A stretch of 64,000 bases of DNA from an uncultured Clostridia bacterium. Lineage in GTDB: Bacteria; Bacillota; Clostridia; TANB77; CAG-508. The stretch covers positions 23,050 through 87,049 of the forward strand of contig CAKPIG010000004.1 in the NCBI GenBank assembly GCA_934162255.1. Direction: 5' to 3'. The notes beneath the pieces were generated by a model. The model did not search any database. It was given only the letters and a program-made list of their open reading frames with translations, and had not been told where the DNA came from. Below, piece after piece: positions 61,764-64,000 of the stretch. Both the position numbers and the translations under genes were made by a program. How positions within the stretch are numbered: position 1 is the first letter of the stretch; each line of letters opens with the position of its first letter.

Positions 61764-61883
61764 TTAGCAACATCCTCCTCTGTTACCACCGCAACAGCAG
61801 CAAATTAAAAGTATAAGGATGATTATCCAGCAGCAATCATCACCAAATCCGAAACCACATCCACAACCTCTGTTCTCTGGCAT
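61764..61883 (-). CDS. tiny (39 aa) Cys/Gly-rich hydrophobic peptide, YjcZ-like sporulation-peptide candidate; not in the ORF track
   Basis: Minus-strand ORF MPENRGCGCGFGFGDDCCWIIILILLICCCCGGNRGGCC. A strong RBS AAAGGGGGG lies 6 nt before ATG. A shared terminator follows. Confidence 0.55.
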   Translation of the reverse strand: MPENRGCGCGFGFGDDCCWIIILILLICCCCGGNRGGCC

Positions 61884-62079
61884 ATAAAACCCCCCTTTCA
61901 GAATTAAATTTTTAATTAAAGAATAATAAGTAAATTCTTTAAAATTTTTCTTTTGATAATATATAATATGGTAAATTAAAAAAAGTGTTACAAAAATACT
62001 TGATAATAAAAAACATAAATGATAAAATACAATATAAATTAAGAAGCGAAAGAAAAAACGGAAGGAACGATGATAGTAT

Positions 62080-64000
62080 ATGGGAAATATAGTCTTATTA
62101 GATGATTTGACAATAAATAAAATTGCAGCAGGAGAAGTAATAGAAAGACCAGCTTCAGTTGTAAAAGAAATGGTAGAAAATTCAATAGATGCAGGAGCTA
62201 CTAATATAACTGTAGAAATAAAAAATGGAGGAATATCTTATATCAGAGTAACAGATAATGGAAAAGGGATACCTGAAGATGACTTGGAAATTGCATTTGA
62301 AAGACATGCAACAAGCAAAATAAGAAGTGCAGATGATTTAAATACAGTAACATCTATGGGGTTTAGGGGAGAAGCATTAGCAAGTATTGCAGCAATAGCA
62401 AGAGTTGAGATGACTTCAAAAACTGCAAACCAAATTAATGGATATAAAGTAGTTGTTGAAGGGGGAAATATATTAGAAAAAACAGAAACAGGATGTGCGA
62501 TAGGAACATCAATAGTTGTTACAAATTTATTTTATAATACACCTGTAAGATACAAGTTTTTAAAAAAAGACTATACTGAAGCAGGGTATATAGAAGATAC
62601 AATATCAAGAATTGCATTGGTACATCCAGAAATAGCAATAAAACTAATAAATTCAGATAAAACAATAATACAAACTAATGGAAATGGAGATATAAAAACA
62701 GTAATATATAGTATATATGGAAAAGATGTGGCAAGTGCTTTGATAAAAACAGATTACACATATGAAGGAATGCATATATATGGAGTAATAGGAAAACCTG
62801 AAATAGCACGTTCAAACAGAGCAAACCAGATATTTTTTGTAAATAAAAGATATATAAAAGATAAATCATTATCATCAGCTGCAGAGAGAGCATATAAGGG
62901 AATGATACCAATTGGAAAATTTAGTTTTTTAGTTTTAAATATTGATATGAATCCTAATAAAGTTGATGTAAATGTACATCCTGCAAAATTAGAAGTAAGA
63001 TTTGAAGAGGAAAACTTAGTATTTAAAGCAGTGTATCATGCAATAAGAAATTCATTATTAGAGGCTGAATTAGTAGCTGATACAGATAGAAAAACAAGTG
63101 AAACAAGAGCAGAGAGTGGATTATTTGGAAGTAGAAGTAATAATATTCAAAGTCCAGAAACTATAGTAGAACAAATATATAAGGCAAGACAAGAAAATAA
63201 TAATTTTAAAATACAAACTATGAATCAAGAAGAAAACAAAGAGATGTCTGAAATTGAAAAGAGTCAAGAAGTTTTAAGAAAATTACAAGAAATTAAGGAA
63301 AATTTGATAAAAGAAACTCCAAATATAAAACCAAAAATAGATGAACCAATAAAAAGTGAGCAAGCAATAAATAAAATAATAACAGATGAACCTACAAAAC
63401 TAGAAGAACCACAAACAGAGTATAAATTACAAGAAAATAAAATTCAAGAACAACCTGAAATAAAAAAAGTAGAATTACCAGAACACAAAGTAGATTTACT
63501 AGAAGAAATTGCAAAAGCAAGTAAGCAACCACAAAATTTAAAAGAACAAATTCAAATGGCAACAGAAAAAATAAAACCAGAAGAAGAAACAAAGAATATT
63601 CAAAAAGAAAATCTAAGTACAGGAGAATATACAAAAGAATTTGAGGAAATGTATCTAAAATTATTTGGTACTAAACCTGTTAGAGAAACAGATTTAGAAT
63701 ATGCAAAACCAAATGAAGATATTGCAACACTCGGAAATGTATCAATGTTTGAAAATATAGAAGAATATAAAAAGCCTACATATAAATTTATAGGTATTGT
63801 ATTTAAAACATATATAATAATAGAAATAGATCAAGAAATGTATATAATAGACCAGCATGCAGCACATGAAAGAATTTTATATGAAAAAGTTAAGAAAAAT
63901 TATTATAGTGAAGAAGAAAAAGATTCTCAGTTAATGTTATTACCAGACATAATAACATTAACACATAAAGAAATGGATGTTGTAAGAGAAAATATGAAAA
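62080..64000 (+). CDS. mutL: DNA mismatch repair protein MutL (3' partial: runs off the window end)
   Basis: GHKL ATPase motifs: KIAAGEVIERPASVVKEMVENSIDAG, DNGKGI and GFRGEAL. The C-terminal-domain motif IIDQHAAHERILYE appears near the window end. No stop codon occurs in frame before nt 64000. Confidence 0.92.
   Translation, partial: MGNIVLLDDLTINKIAAGEVIERPASVVKEMVENSIDAGATNITVEIKNGGISYIRVTDNGKGIPEDDLEIAFERHATSKIRSADDLNTVTSMGFRGEALASIAAIARVEMTSKTANQINGYKVVVEGGNILEKTETGCAIGTSIVVTNLFYNTPVRYKFLKKDYTEAGYIEDTISRIALVHPEIAIKLINSDKTIIQTNGNGDIKTVIYSIYGKDVASALIKTDYTYEGMHIYGVIGKPEIARSNRANQIFFVNKRYIKDKSLSSAAERAYKGMIPIGKFSFLVLNIDMNPNKVDVNVHPAKLEVRFEEENLVFKAVYHAIRNSLLEAELVADTDRKTSETRAESGLFGSRSNNIQSPETIVEQIYKARQENNNFKIQTMNQEENKEMSEIEKSQEVLRKLQEIKENLIKETPNIKPKIDEPIKSEQAINKIITDEPTKLEEPQTEYKLQENKIQEQPEIKKVELPEHKVDLLEEIAKASKQPQNLKEQIQMATEKIKPEEETKNIQKENLSTGEYTKEFEEMYLKLFGTKPVRETDLEYAKPNEDIATLGNVSMFENIEEYKKPTYKFIGIVFKTYIIIEIDQEMYIIDQHAAHERILYEKVKKNYYSEEEKDSQLMLLPDIITLTHKEMDVVRENMK

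Overview
Low-GC (about 28-30%) chromosomal segment from a spore-forming clostridial-type Firmicute. The evidence for that is spoIIID, a sortase, ChW repeats, a GroEL ending in GGM, and CIRCE upstream of groESL. Coding is dense and mostly on the + strand.

Region 1-30.9 kb holds housekeeping genes: comM/yifB (5' partial), dprA, yraN, rsmA, fmt, dps, pyrG, groES-groEL, an AlaS lacking the C-Ala domain, a HIT protein, a sortase, ligA, folD, spoIIID, an HtrA-like protease, rnhB, pdp, cdaA, truA, one tRNA-Met(CAU), era, yqzL and recO.

Region 31-55 kb is a cell-envelope glycopolymer locus of about 24 kb. Its components are:
- a ChW-repeat / M14-peptidase wall protein;
- a Wzm/Wzt (TagGH-like) ABC exporter whose ATPase carries a C-terminal sugar-binding domain;
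- a WbdD-like methyltransferase / kinase / coiled-coil protein;
- several GT2, GT4, GT8 and GT-C glycosyltransferases;
- GtrA, GtrB and DUF2304 modules;
- a Wzx-like flippase, galE and an LtaS-like sulfatase.

Region 55-64 kb holds mreB/mbl, a divergent pair of a vWA sortase-substrate and a giant pilin-like beta-helix protein, an Rpn (YhgA-like) nuclease with a 24-bp tandem repeat, a tiny Cys-rich peptide gene, and mutL (3' partial).

The things most worth a second look are:
1. the ABC-transporter-dependent glycan locus with a WbdD-like terminator/ruler protein in a Gram-positive;
2. a second, truncated DprA paralogue immediately upstream of a divergent DnaB-family helicase next to spoIIID;
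3. two pilin-like proteins with the same atypical N-terminus and the same promoter 12-mer, one of them divergent from a vWA sortase substrate;
4. a divergent pair of atypical-composition small genes between groEL and alaS;
5. a short AlaS with no T-box leader.

No CRISPR array, integrase or transposase was seen.
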